From an uncultured Pseudomonadota bacterium (lineage in GTDB: Bacteria; Pseudomonadota; Gammaproteobacteria; Burkholderiales; JALYOK01): a stretch of 64,000 bases of DNA. The position numbers and the translations under genes were made by a program. The stretch is from assembly GCA_902826775.1 (NCBI GenBank), contig CADEHE010000006.1, positions 37,238 to 101,237 on the forward strand, given 5' to 3'. The notes below the pieces were generated by a model. The model had not been told where the DNA came from, made no database searches, and saw nothing but the letters and a program-made list of their open reading frames with translations. Positions 36,793 to 45,831 of the stretch are shown here, piece after piece (the first letter of the stretch is position 1; each line of letters opens with the position of its first letter).

Positions 36793-39618
36793 CTAGCGTG
36801 ATCCCAGCGCGGCCTCCAAGCTTTGCTTTTGCATCAAGACATCGCGCCAAACGTCAGGCCGTTCAGTCAAGCGATCGAACACGGTGTCGATAGTGAAATC
36901 GGTTGGATAAGCATGCTCCAATTCCTCCCAGGTGAGCGGCATCGATACCGGGGCGCCAAGCAGGCCGCGCGGCGAGTAAGCGCAATTTAGCGTGCGCGTG
37001 CGCGCGTTCATGTTGTAGTCGATGAAAATCTTTCCGGTGCGCTTGTCGATGCTCCAATCGATGGTGACATCTTTGGGGTAGCGTTGCTGCAGATGGCGGC
37101 TGATCGTTTCGCTGATGCGGCGCACCGCATCGAAATCGAGCGTGCGCACGATCGGCACGAAAATGTGCAAACCGGTCTTGCCCGAGGTTTTGACGAAAGA
37201 GCGCAGTTTCATAGCGGTCAGCACTTCGTTTAGGTGCAGCGCGACCGCCCGGCCCTTGTCGAAGGCGGGGCGGTTGAATTCGGGCTCTTCGCCCTTTGCT
37301 TCTTTCCCAGAGTAAACGTATGGATCGATATCGAACACCAAGTAGTCGGGAAAATTCAGGATCGACGCATCCAGTGTGGCCATCGATCCGATGAACTTGG
37401 TGCTCGCTCCCGAGCGATCGGGCAGGGGATTGATGCGCGAGTGCCAGACATGAAACTCGAGCGCGCCGCTTTGACCGAGCCAAAGCAGCGTCGGCAAATT
37501 GTTGCAGACAAGATAGCGGTGATCGACATCTTTGGTTTCTGAGTACACCGCGACGCTTTCGACGAAGTCGGGCAGCTTCACGCTGTCCCAATGTTTTTGG
37601 AAGAAGCGCTCACCCGTGATGCCGTCGGGCATGCGGATAACGGTCAGTGCGCGGTCCGCCAGGTGCGGCAGCATGTAAGGCGCGATGCGCGCGAGATAGC
37701 ACAGCAGATCGCGCTTGGTGAGCGCGGCGTGCTTGGGCTTCTTCTGCGCTGGCCAGAGCGCCTTGTTGAGATTGGTAACGCGGATTTGATGCGAACCTAT
37801 GCTGAGCGTGCATTCCGTACGCTCATGCGCCAGTTGTTGCAGCACGCTGGCGAGGCGTTGCTGAAGCTGTGCGCTTTCGTTGTGCGCGCCATGCGGGCGC
37901 GGTGTGGGCGCGCCGATCCCGCCCGGATCGACGTCGTCGCGCAAGCGCAGGAATACTGGGGCACGCAATTGTTGCGCCGGCGTGAGTTCGCTGAATTTCA
38001 CTTCGGCGACCAGTTTCGGGCGTACCCAAGTCGCGGGCATGTCTTGCGGCGGAGCTTGCGTAAACGGGCAGCGCTGAGTGATCAAAGGCATCAGCCGTTG
38101 CTTGAGCGTGCGCAGGGTGGCGTCATCGAATCCGGTGCCGACATTGCCGACAAATACCAGTTTGCGCTGCGTATTCCAGTAGCCGAGCAAGAGCGCGCCG
38201 AGTGAGGATTGGCGATGGCCGCTACCCGCTGAATAGCCGCCGATGACAAACTCGGCACTGTGTTGCGTTTTGACTTTACGCCAGTTCGGCGAACGCCGTC
38301 CGCTCTCATACTTGCTCGACTTGTGCTTGGCAACGATGCCTTCCAGGCCGCTGTGCAGCGCTGCCTGATACATGGCGCTGCCATCGGTATCGGCATGAAT
38401 GGATTTGATGTGCCCATTCTCAAGGAGGCACTGCAAAAGGTAGCGCCTGCGCAGCGTGTAAGGCAGGCCGCGCAGATTGCGGCCGGCGAAGTGCAATAGG
38501 TCGAAGCAGTACAGCACGCACGGCGTTGTCCGCTGCGCGGCGTCGATCTCTTGCTTGAGCTTGAGCTGCGCGCGGTTTTGCAGCGCATGGAACGATGGCG
38601 CGCCGTCTTCGAAAGCTACCAACTCGCCATCGAGCAGCATCGTATCCGCAACTTGTTGTTGCAGCGCTAGGGCGATTTCCGGAAATGCCGCGGTGTAGTC
38701 TCGCCCGGTGCGCGAGCGCAATCGCACCCGGCCTTGCTCGATAAAAGCGAGCACGCGGTAGCCGTCGAGCTTGGGTTCGAACAACCAATCCGCATGAGTA
38801 AAGGGCTGCGGCGCGCTGGCCGCGAGCATGGGCGCAAGCTTGGCGGGGAGTTCCTCTCTCTCGCCGTGCACCACCAACTCTTCCAGCGCAACGCGCACCG
38901 GCGCGGGCTGAGTGCGCAGCATTTGCGGCGTGAGCCCGCTCAGTACCGAGCGCGCGTGTTGCTCCGGTGCGGTACCGTGCCAGCGCGTGTCTTTGTGCTT
39001 GATCAGGAGCCAGTTCTTGCCGTCACCTTTGACCGATTGGTCGCCTGTGCGACCGGTGAGAGTTTGGTCGCCTACGCGACCGGTGCGCACCAATGCGAAA
39101 GAGCCTTTCAGTTTTTCGCCCAACAGAAAAAAACTGAGTTTGCCGGCTTCGAGTTCACGCCGCACTCGCGTTTGCGCGGCGTCGCGGTCGTGAAATGCAT
39201 AGACGCCGCCTTCGTCCGGCGAATATACGCCGCAGTCCCACACGATCACCTCGCCCGCGCCGTATTGCTTCGGCGGGATCACGCCTTCGAACGTCGCGTA
39301 CGCCAGCGGATGATCTTCGGTCGGTACCGCTAAACGCTTGTCGGCGTGATCCATGCTCGGTCCCTTCGGCACCGCCCACGATTTCAGCACGCCGTCCAAC
39401 TCTAAGCGCAGATCGAAATGCAGCGCGCGCGCGGCGTGCTGCTGGACGACGAACAGCAGAGGCCCGTCGCGCGGTGCCGGTGGCTGCGGCGGCGGCTCCG
39501 GTGTGCCGCCAAACGAGCGCTTGGCGGCATAGTCGCTGAGCGCGGCGGTGCCGTCGCGCGGTCGCTCGCTGCCGCGCTTGCTAGCCGCAGCGGCGGAAGT
39601 CTGTTTGCGTCCGGCCAT
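36793..39618 (-). CDS. ligD: DNA ligase D (phosphoesterase - ATP-dependent ligase - polymerase/primase)
   Basis: 941 aa. PE domain ([18 protein letters not shown]...WAVPKGPS). Ligase motif I (EPKLDGYR). C-terminal Pol domain (YLVFDIDP...[11 protein letters not shown]). Confidence 0.95.
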   Translation of the reverse strand: MAGRKQTSAAAASKRGSERPRDGTAALSDYAAKRSFGGTPEPPPQPPAPRDGPLLFVVQQHAARALHFDLRLELDGVLKSWAVPKGPSMDHADKRLAVPTEDHPLAYATFEGVIPPKQYGAGEVIVWDCGVYSPDEGGVYAFHDRDAAQTRVRRELEAGKLSFFLLGEKLKGSFALVRTGRVGDQTLTGRTGDQSVKGDGKNWLLIKHKDTRWHGTAPEQHARSVLSGLTPQMLRTQPAPVRVALEELVVHGEREELPAKLAPMLAASAPQPFTHADWLFEPKLDGYRVLAFIEQGRVRLRSRTGRDYTAAFPEIALALQQQVADTMLLDGELVAFEDGAPSFHALQNRAQLKLKQEIDAAQRTTPCVLYCFDLLHFAGRNLRGLPYTLRRRYLLQCLLENGHIKSIHADTDGSAMYQAALHSGLEGIVAKHKSSKYESGRRSPNWRKVKTQHSAEFVIGGYSAGSGHRQSSLGALLLGYWNTQRKLVFVGNVGTGFDDATLRTLKQRLMPLITQRCPFTQAPPQDMPATWVRPKLVAEVKFSELTPAQQLRAPVFLRLRDDVDPGGIGAPTPRPHGAHNESAQLQQRLASVLQQLAHERTECTLSIGSHQIRVTNLNKALWPAQKKPKHAALTKRDLLCYLARIAPYMLPHLADRALTVIRMPDGITGERFFQKHWDSVKLPDFVESVAVYSETKDVDHRYLVCNNLPTLLWLGQSGALEFHVWHSRINPLPDRSGASTKFIGSMATLDASILNFPDYLVFDIDPYVYSGKEAKGEEPEFNRPAFDKGRAVALHLNEVLTAMKLRSFVKTSGKTGLHIFVPIVRTLDFDAVRRISETISRHLQQRYPKDVTIDWSIDKRTGKIFIDYNMNARTRTLNCAYSPRGLLGAPVSMPLTWEELEHAYPTDFTIDTVFDRLTERPDVWRDVLMQKQSLEAALGSR
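39037..39090 (-). repeat. In-frame ~27-nt tandem duplication inside ligD (linker TGRVGDQTL / TGRTGDQSV)
   Basis: TTGGTCGCCTGTGCGACCGGTGAGAG followed by TTTGGTCGCCTACGCGACCGGTGCGCAC on the plus strand. Confidence 0.6.
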
Positions 39619-39643
39619 GGCGCGAGTTTCGTCCCCGCGCGCA

Positions 39644-40522
39644 CTACCGCGCTAGGTAGGACTGCAGAACCGCCGCGTCATCCTCGGCGGCATAGCCGCG
39701 CTCGATGGTGCGCAGAAAAGCTGCATAGGCTGCATGCGCCATGGGCGTTTCGAAACCGGCTGTGCTCGCTTGCTGCAGAAACAGCGACAAGTCCTTGGTA
39801 AGCAGCGTAGTCGCCGCTCGTGGGGCAAGGTCGCCCGCCAGCGCGCGCGGGATACGATCGGGCACGATCCAGCTCGCGCCCGAGCTGGCGCCAATGACGG
39901 CAAGCATGGTGCTGGCGTCGAGACCCAACTTCAAGCCGAGCGCGATCGCTTCGCAGCCGGCAACGAGATTCGACGCTGCGATCATGTTGTTGACGAGTTT
40001 CATGCGCGCGCCGTCGCCGATGCGCTCGCTGATGCGGAACAATTTGTTCGATAGCGCATGCAACAGCGCGGCGCACTGCTCGAACGCCGCCGGCGCCGCC
40101 GCGACCATCATGCTCATCTCGCCCTTTTCCGCGCGCAGCGGGCCGCCGGAAACGGGCGCATCGATAGTTTGAACATTGCGCGCGGCTAAACGCTGCGCGG
40201 CAAGCGTGACATACTCCGGCGCCAGCGTGCTGGAAAGCACCACCGTGCTGCCGCCGCGCAGACCGTGGAACGCGCCGTCCGGCCCGAACAAGATCGCGTC
40301 GGTCTGCTTGTCGTCTACCACTAAAGTGATGACAATGTCGCTCGCGGCGGCGAGGACCGCTGGACTTGGGCTAATCGTTGCGCCCATGGCGGCGGCTTCC
40401 GCCTCGGGCTCTGGGCGGATGTCGCGCACCTGCGGCGCATATCCCGCGTGCAGTAAGCGCTTGGTCACGGCTAATCCCATGGCGCCGATTCCGATCACAC
40501 CGACGGCCGGACGATCACCCAT
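39644..40522 (-). CDS. NAD(P)-dependent oxidoreductase, 3-hydroxyisobutyrate dehydrogenase family
   Basis: 292 aa. N-terminal [13 protein letters not shown] Rossmann motif. Ends 25 nt upstream of the ligD start on the same strand. Confidence 0.88.
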   Translation of the reverse strand: MGDRPAVGVIGIGAMGLAVTKRLLHAGYAPQVRDIRPEPEAEAAAMGATISPSPAVLAAASDIVITLVVDDKQTDAILFGPDGAFHGLRGGSTVVLSSTLAPEYVTLAAQRLAARNVQTIDAPVSGGPLRAEKGEMSMMVAAAPAAFEQCAALLHALSNKLFRISERIGDGARMKLVNNMIAASNLVAGCEAIALGLKLGLDASTMLAVIGASSGASWIVPDRIPRALAGDLAPRAATTLLTKDLSLFLQQASTAGFETPMAHAAYAAFLRTIERGYAAEDDAAVLQSYLAR

Positions 40523-40615
40523 AATGCTTTATACATCGAAGAGTATACATGCAATATTGTTGCCCCTGGCGATTGATCGAGCGATACATAAATAGGTATA
40601 TTTCACGCTTAAGTC

Positions 40616-42055
40616 ATGAGCGATAGTCTACCTGTGCCGTCCAAAGCCCAAGCAACCAAGCGTACTGCGCGCGCGAACTTTTTGACGACTTTCGCCGCGC
40701 CGCGGCCAAGGCGGTGGCTGATTGCAGCGCTAGTGCCGGTGAATCGAGTGCTCTGTCTGGGCGGTATTCCCGGTTTGCGGCGCCTGCCCCTGCTCGGGCG
40801 CGTGCCCGGCATCCGCGGCTTGGCCGATGTCGTGCGCATGGATCTGCCGCCAGACGCCAAGGCACGCTTGAAATCCGGGGTCAACGGCCAGACGGCTGCG
40901 TTCGTCGTGCCGAACCACCCGGAGTTCTTTACCGATTGGATGCTCGATAAGGAACTTTGCACGCGCGTTGCACCGATGACGTCGAATTGGGCAACGCACG
41001 CAGTGGTGAACGGCATGGGCCGCACGATGCAGCGCTTCTGGCTGGCGAACAATTTGATCGCGCAAATTCCCGGTAGCAACGGGCAAGCCGGCAAAGATTA
41101 TTCGGTGTGTTGGGCCGCGCAAGGGCACGCGGTGCTGTTGCACCCGGAAGGGCAAGTCGGTTGGCACAACGACTACGTTGGGCCGTTGTTTCCCGGCGTA
41201 GTGGAAATGGCGCTCGCAACGGTCCAGCAACTGGCGGAGGAAAACGTGCGGCGCGAGGTATTCATCGCGCCGGTGGTTTGGAAGCTCAAATTTGTGCGCG
41301 ATGAAGCCGCGCGCTTGATCCGCGAAATGAGCTACGTCGAAGCCGCGCTTGGCTTGCGCGTCGACCAGCGCTTCGGCCTGGGCGAACGCCTGCACGAGGC
41401 GTATGCCACATTGCTCCAGCGCGATGCGACCAAATGGCACGCCAGCATTAGTTTAAGCGAGCCCTATTGGCGCGCTCAGGCGCGTTTGCTCGAGAAGTTG
41501 GCGGCGCATCTGAATCAATTGGTCGTCGGCCTCGGCGGCGCCTTGCCCGAGCCGCCAGCGCAGATGCCGGGCAAGCAAGAAACGCAATGGGAGCAAGCAT
41601 CGCAGGCGTACCGTGTTCAACTCGCGCACGCCGATCGGCTGCTGCGCAGTTTGGACGATGCCGAGACCGACGCGGCGCGCTTGTTGCGCGAGCTGATCGG
41701 CGACATGCGTCGGATCCTGCGTGTGCGTCCCGAGATGTACCCGCGGGCGACACTCACGCAGGAACAAATCGCGGAGAACATCAAGCGTTTGCGCAACGAC
41801 TATTGTTTTGGTTCTCTGCGCGACAACGTCAACCGGTTTATCCCACGCCCGGCCGGTTCGCGCATCGCCTACGTGCGCGTGCCGCAGCCACTGAACATCA
41901 CTCAAGCGGCGCAAACGGCGCAGCAATCTCCCGCCATTGTGGAAGAGCTGCTCGCGCAATTACGCGAGCGCATGCAACAAGCTTTGGACGGCATCAATGA
42001 CGAACTGCACGCGCGCGGTGCGTTTATAGAATACCCCAATCCGTTCGTCTCGTAG
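40616..42055 (+). CDS. Acyltransferase-like protein (PlsC/GPAT superfamily, tentative)
   Basis: 479 aa. VVPNHPEFFTDWML and LLHPEGQVGW resemble acyltransferase blocks I and III, but block I reads H-x5-D rather than H-x4-D. Confidence 0.55.
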   Translation: MSDSLPVPSKAQATKRTARANFLTTFAAPRPRRWLIAALVPVNRVLCLGGIPGLRRLPLLGRVPGIRGLADVVRMDLPPDAKARLKSGVNGQTAAFVVPNHPEFFTDWMLDKELCTRVAPMTSNWATHAVVNGMGRTMQRFWLANNLIAQIPGSNGQAGKDYSVCWAAQGHAVLLHPEGQVGWHNDYVGPLFPGVVEMALATVQQLAEENVRREVFIAPVVWKLKFVRDEAARLIREMSYVEAALGLRVDQRFGLGERLHEAYATLLQRDATKWHASISLSEPYWRAQARLLEKLAAHLNQLVVGLGGALPEPPAQMPGKQETQWEQASQAYRVQLAHADRLLRSLDDAETDAARLLRELIGDMRRILRVRPEMYPRATLTQEQIAENIKRLRNDYCFGSLRDNVNRFIPRPAGSRIAYVRVPQPLNITQAAQTAQQSPAIVEELLAQLRERMQQALDGINDELHARGAFIEYPNPFVS

Positions 42056-42160
42056 GAGCATTACATGGATTTGGTAAGCGCGTGCTGGAATGCAAGTCCT
42101 GACACCATTCCCTCAATTCGCGCCGAACCGAAGGTTCAGGCACGAACCTGGTATCTTTCA

Positions 42161-42442
42161 TCATTTCTGCCACGGCATTGAAGCATTCTCGAGTAACTCA
42201 GCAACCCTTTCTCTCAAGCCGTTTTCATCAAACTCATAAGATTCTCGCTCAGCGTTGCCGTTAAATAGATCTGCCAAGCAGAAAACGCTCGAAAGCACTT
42301 CACTTTTTACGGGATCATCCGCCAGCAAAGCATTGCTATCGCGCTCTTTTTTCCAAGCTGTGATGTAGTCGTCAGCAAAGGTTTGAGGATCGGAGCGATC
42401 ACGAAGAAATTGCACGACGCTTGCTAATAGGGCCTCACTCAT
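42161..42442 (-). CDS. Colicin-type immunity-domain protein (PF09204-like), orphan
   Basis: The ATG at 42442 is preferred over the TTG at 42448. 93 aa. ITAWKKERDSNALLADDPVKSEVLSSVFCLADLFNGNAERESYEFDENGLRERV matches my recollection of this immunity family. The gene is visibly AT-richer than its neighbours. Confidence 0.6.
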   Translation of the reverse strand: MSEALLASVVQFLRDRSDPQTFADDYITAWKKERDSNALLADDPVKSEVLSSVFCLADLFNGNAERESYEFDENGLRERVAELLENASMPWQK

Positions 42443-42529
42443 TCGCAAATTGATGAACTAAAGAGAACTCAAGCTATTCCCAGAATTTGCAGACGGTTAT
42501 GTTAAGCACCATACCATTGTCGCTCCATC

Positions 42530-42554
42530 TGCAAAATCAGTGTCAGATTTTGCA
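42530..42554. promoter_or_regulatory. Perfect palindrome TGCAAAATC-N7-GATTTTGCA upstream of the immunity gene
   Basis: Read directly. Lies about 90 nt upstream of the ATG at 42442, in AT-rich DNA. Confidence 0.4.
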
Positions 42555-42648
42555 ATCTAGCGACTCGCCTAAATCTTGCATCTGACAAACGCATATAAAA
42601 AGCGAAACCACCGCAATGTCGGCATTGAACTCGCGCTTTTTCCGTAGC

Positions 42649-42694
42649 GGAAGAAAGCAAGGGCGCGCGCACCGAATGATGCGCGCGGCCTTGC
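42649..42694 (-). terminator. Rho-independent terminator of the 822-aa secreted-protein gene
   Basis: The minus strand reads GCAAGGCCGCGCGCA-loop-TGCGCGCGCCCTTGC followed by TTTCTTCC. Lies about 90 nt after the stop at 42781. Confidence 0.6.
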
Positions 42695-42780
42695 TCGCTA
42701 TCTCAAGTTGGAAGGATAGAGGCGAGTCATCCGAGCGCGCGTTTTTGTTGCTGGGTGCGTAACTCGTGCGGATGTCGCGT

Positions 42781-45249
42781 TCATTGTAATTGCAGTGGCG
42801 TGGATGCGATCGGCGTCCAGCTCGCGCTGGCGTGCAGACGGATTTCGTAGTTGCCGGCCGTCAGGCTGCCCGGAATCGGAAAGGCACAACTGCCACTGGC
42901 AGCCGCGGCGCCGGCGGTCTTGGTGCAATTGACGTACATCCAAACGCCGCTGTGTTCCCACGAAGGCGCGCCGGGTTTGAGCAGCCCGATCCAATTGCTG
43001 CCAGTCGGTGCGGCGATGGCGCTCCAGTTGACCGTTACCGTTCCACCGCGCGCGATGCTGCCGGGTACGACGTTGACGCTCGTGCCGCCGGTGCCACCGC
43101 CCGTGATGGTGATCGGCGTGCTTGCTAGGGGAGTCCAGCTCGAGCTGGCGTGCAGGCGTATTTCGTAAGCGCCGCTGGCGGTCCCGCTTGGAATGGGGAA
43201 GCTGCAACTGCCGCTGGGAAACGCAGCGCCGGCGGTTTTGCTGCAACTAACGTACATCCACACGCCGGCGTGCTCCCACGATGGCGCCCCCGGCTTGAGC
43301 AGGCCGATCCAATTGCTGCCGGTTGGGGAGGCGATGCCGCTCCAACTCACCGTGACCGCGCTGCCGGCGGTTGCGCTTGACGGTGTGACGCCGACCGTAG
43401 TGCCGCCTGTGCCGCCGCTTCCAGTAAGCGTGAGCGGCGTGCTGGCGATGGCGCTCCAACTTGAACTTGCGTGCAGGCGCAGTTCGTAATTGCCGCTGGC
43501 CAGCCCGCTCGGAATCGGGAAGACGCAACTGCCGCTTGGGAACGCTGCGCCCGCGGTCTTGGTGCAGTTGACGTACATCCAAATGCCGCCATGATTCTGC
43601 GACGCCGCGCCGGGCGTATATAAGCCGATCCAGTTGGTCCCGGTTGGCGCAATGATGTTGGCCCAACTGACCGTTACGCTGCCGCCGGTGTTCACGCTAG
43701 CGGGGTTGACGCTCAACGTGGTCGCCGTGGTACTGGCGGAAAAGGCGGCGCCGACGCTCTTGGCTGCATCCATGGTCACGGCGCACGCGGCCGCGCCGGT
43801 GCAGGCGCCGCTCCATCCGGCAAAAGTCGAACCGGCGGCGGGCTGCGCGCTTAGCGTCACCACGCTGCCGCTCGCGTAGGCTTCGGTGCAATCGGTGCCG
43901 CAATTGATTCCGGCGGGCGTGCTGGTGACGACGCCGGCTCCGGTGCCGCTCTTGGTGACGTTGAGATTGAAGGTGGTTGTGGCCGCACCTGAAACTGCAT
44001 AGATCCTCCCGCTGAAGGAGAGCACGTAGAGCGCGCCGTCGGGCCCGACTTCGAGGTCGCTGATGCCGCCAAAACCGCTGCCGAACACCACTGCGTCGCG
44101 CTCGGTGGCGTCGTCGGCGACGAGGTCGGCGAGTGCGCCGGTTAGCACGAAGCCCTCGCGCGTGGCATTGGGCTCGAAGCGATACAAGTTGCCATTGTTG
44201 ATGTCGCCGACAAATACGTCATTTTGATACTGCGCGCCTAGCTGCGTGGAGTTCAAAAATGTAATTGCGGTCACGCCCACTGGGTTGAGCCACGAGAACT
44301 CGGGATCGCTGTATTGCGAGCCGGGTACTTGATAGAGATTGCCTATGCTCTGAGGATCGCGCGCGTCGAGACCCATGATCTGCCGCCAGCCGCTGTTGAA
44401 CCCGGGGCGCACCAAATTGATTTCGTCGTCGCGGTCAGGCCCGTTCTCGGTGTCCCACAAGCGGCCGGTGACCGGATCGAACGCCATGCCGAACGAATTG
44501 CGCACGCCATATGCATAGTACTTTGCGAGCGCGCCGCCTTGCGCGGCGAATGGGTTGTCGGGCGGAATCGAGCCGTCGGCGTTCAAACGCAAGATGACGC
44601 TGGAGTCGTCCGCCGCCGCGCCAGTCGCGATGTTTTGCAGCTGTCCGTTGCGATTGAGATCGCCGATGATGATGTAGAGCTTGCCGTCAGGCCCAAAGGT
44701 GATTACGCCGCCATCATGATTCGGTCCCGGTGTAACAGGCAAGGTGGTGATAAGCGCTTGATTGACAAGCGCGCTGCCGTTCCAGGTGTAACGATGGACG
44801 CGATGCGCGGCGGGTGTGACCGAACCGTTGGTGTCGCTGCCATTGCCGCTTTCGGTGAAATACAGATAGACCGACGGCGTGGAGGGAAACGACGGGTGCA
44901 AAGCGATTCCCAGTAGACCGCGCTCCGAAGCGCTATCGACGGCCAAATCCAACACTGCGCCGGCCTGCAGCACGCCGTTTAGCACGCGGCGCACGCGCCC
45001 GTCGCCCTTCTGCAGGACGAGGATGTCATTCGCGCCGATGAAAGCCATGCCGGTGGGGCCGCTCAACCCGCCGACAACTTCGCGCACTTGCAAGCTGGTG
45101 TCGCGCACCGTTTGCGCCACGCAGGGCAAGACTGCGCAGAGCAGCCAAAGGCACGCGGCTTGTAGAGCGGAGCGAAGGCCAGGGAGGTGATCTCTGCCAG
45201 GTAAGCAGGCGGGCGCGTGCCCCGCGCGGTAAAACTCCAAACTGTTCAT
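42781..45249 (-). CDS. Secreted PQQ-dependent sugar dehydrogenase-like beta-propeller protein with an InlB-B-repeat-like domain and three C-terminal repeat modules
   Basis: ATG at 45249 after GAGAGGA. Signal peptide ending VAQ. GSDH-family blocks (ERGLLGIALHPSF, YAYGVRNSFGMAFDP..GRLWDTENGPDRDDEINLV). FNLNVTKSGTGAGVVTSTPAGINCGTDCTEAY...FAGWSGACTG. Then 3 x ~100-aa repeats. Confidence 0.85.
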   Translation of the reverse strand: MNSLEFYRAGHAPACLPGRDHLPGLRSALQAACLWLLCAVLPCVAQTVRDTSLQVREVVGGLSGPTGMAFIGANDILVLQKGDGRVRRVLNGVLQAGAVLDLAVDSASERGLLGIALHPSFPSTPSVYLYFTESGNGSDTNGSVTPAAHRVHRYTWNGSALVNQALITTLPVTPGPNHDGGVITFGPDGKLYIIIGDLNRNGQLQNIATGAAADDSSVILRLNADGSIPPDNPFAAQGGALAKYYAYGVRNSFGMAFDPVTGRLWDTENGPDRDDEINLVRPGFNSGWRQIMGLDARDPQSIGNLYQVPGSQYSDPEFSWLNPVGVTAITFLNSTQLGAQYQNDVFVGDINNGNLYRFEPNATREGFVLTGALADLVADDATERDAVVFGSGFGGISDLEVGPDGALYVLSFSGRIYAVSGAATTTFNLNVTKSGTGAGVVTSTPAGINCGTDCTEAYASGSVVTLSAQPAAGSTFAGWSGACTGAAACAVTMDAAKSVGAAFSASTTATTLSVNPASVNTGGSVTVSWANIIAPTGTNWIGLYTPGAASQNHGGIWMYVNCTKTAGAAFPSGSCVFPIPSGLASGNYELRLHASSSWSAIASTPLTLTGSGGTGGTTVGVTPSSATAGSAVTVSWSGIASPTGSNWIGLLKPGAPSWEHAGVWMYVSCSKTAGAAFPSGSCSFPIPSGTASGAYEIRLHASSSWTPLASTPITITGGGTGGTSVNVVPGSIARGGTVTVNWSAIAAPTGSNWIGLLKPGAPSWEHSGVWMYVNCTKTAGAAAASGSCAFPIPGSLTAGNYEIRLHASASWTPIASTPLQLQ
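42784..43722 (-). repeat. Three tandem copies of a ~100-aa two-Cys module (coding repeat)
   Basis: Each copy reads ..VTVSW..I..PTG.NWIGL..PGA.S..H.G.WMYV.C.KTAGAA..SGSC.FPIP......G.YE.RLHASSSW... Similarity is also visible at nucleotide level, as mirrored antisense ORFs. Confidence 0.85.
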
Positions 45250-45504
45250 GAATGATCCTCTCAAGTTGCAGACGAATACAGCTGGCGGCTAAGCGCCAGC
45301 TACCGGTGACCAGTTTTGAGAGGAGTTCTGTGCGCACACCATAGACGGATGCGCGGGTGCGATCACGCGCGAGCGCGTCTCGCAGATTCACTGTGTGATT
45401 GATTATTGTCCACGCGCACGTTGCGCGTCAACTCAGTTGACCGGTGCCGTTGACTGATGTATTAGGCTGACTTGGTAACGTCGGCCTGACGCGGCGTTTG
45501 TCGG

Positions 45505-45609
45505 ACGAGGCAGCGTCAGTGAGACCTGACGCAGACCGAACGAAGCAGCGTCAGTGAGACCTGACGCCAACCCAACGAGGCAGCGTCAGTGGGACCCGAC
45601 GCTGCGGGG
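45505..45609. repeat. 3 x 35-bp tandem repeat, each unit a hairpin (GCGTCAG-TGAGAC-CTGACGC)
   Basis: Units at 45505, 45540 and 45575. Core CAGCGTCAGTGAGACCTGACGC occurs twice, then CAGCGTCAGTGGGACCCGACGCTG. A partial fourth copy lies near 45480. Confidence 0.85.
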
Positions 45610-45831
45610 CCCAACTAGCGTGTATTTGGTGCTGCAGTAGGGGCAGAGCGCTTCGCCGGTTTGATGGATCGGCAGAAACACGCGCGGATGCGCATTCCAA
45701 GTTTTCATCGAAGGCAGCGGGCAGTGCAACGGTAAATCGGCCGCGGTGACTTCGATACTGCGCTGGTTCAATTCAGTCGGTCTTTGTGCCACAAATGCCT
45801 CGCTCGCAAGCGTTATACGAACGCCAGCCAA
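45586..45831 (-). CDS. Zinc-finger (zf-CHCC, NDUFS6-like) small protein
   Basis: IEVTAADLPLHCPLPSMKTWNAHPRVFLPI...GEALCPYCSTKYTL. The start is uncertain: the TTG at 45831 overlaps ilvE by 19 nt, and a GTG at 45792 is an alternative. The stop lies inside repeat unit 3. Confidence 0.75.
   Translation of the reverse strand: MAGVRITLASEAFVAQRPTELNQRSIEVTAADLPLHCPLPSMKTWNAHPRVFLPIHQTGEALCPYCSTKYTLVGPRSVGSH

Noticed and set aside
42449-42780. Search for a toxin partner or toxin remnant upstream of the immunity-like gene
   Set aside because: The minus-strand translation of this stretch gives only very short ORFs. The upstream 822-aa protein ends in repeat modules, not a toxin domain, and is separated by a terminator.
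45505-45609. Possible CRISPR array (regular 35-bp repeat)
   Set aside because: The units are directly tandem with no unique spacers. There are only three copies, no cas genes in the window, and one unit overlaps a coding 3' end. It is called a tandem hairpin repeat instead.
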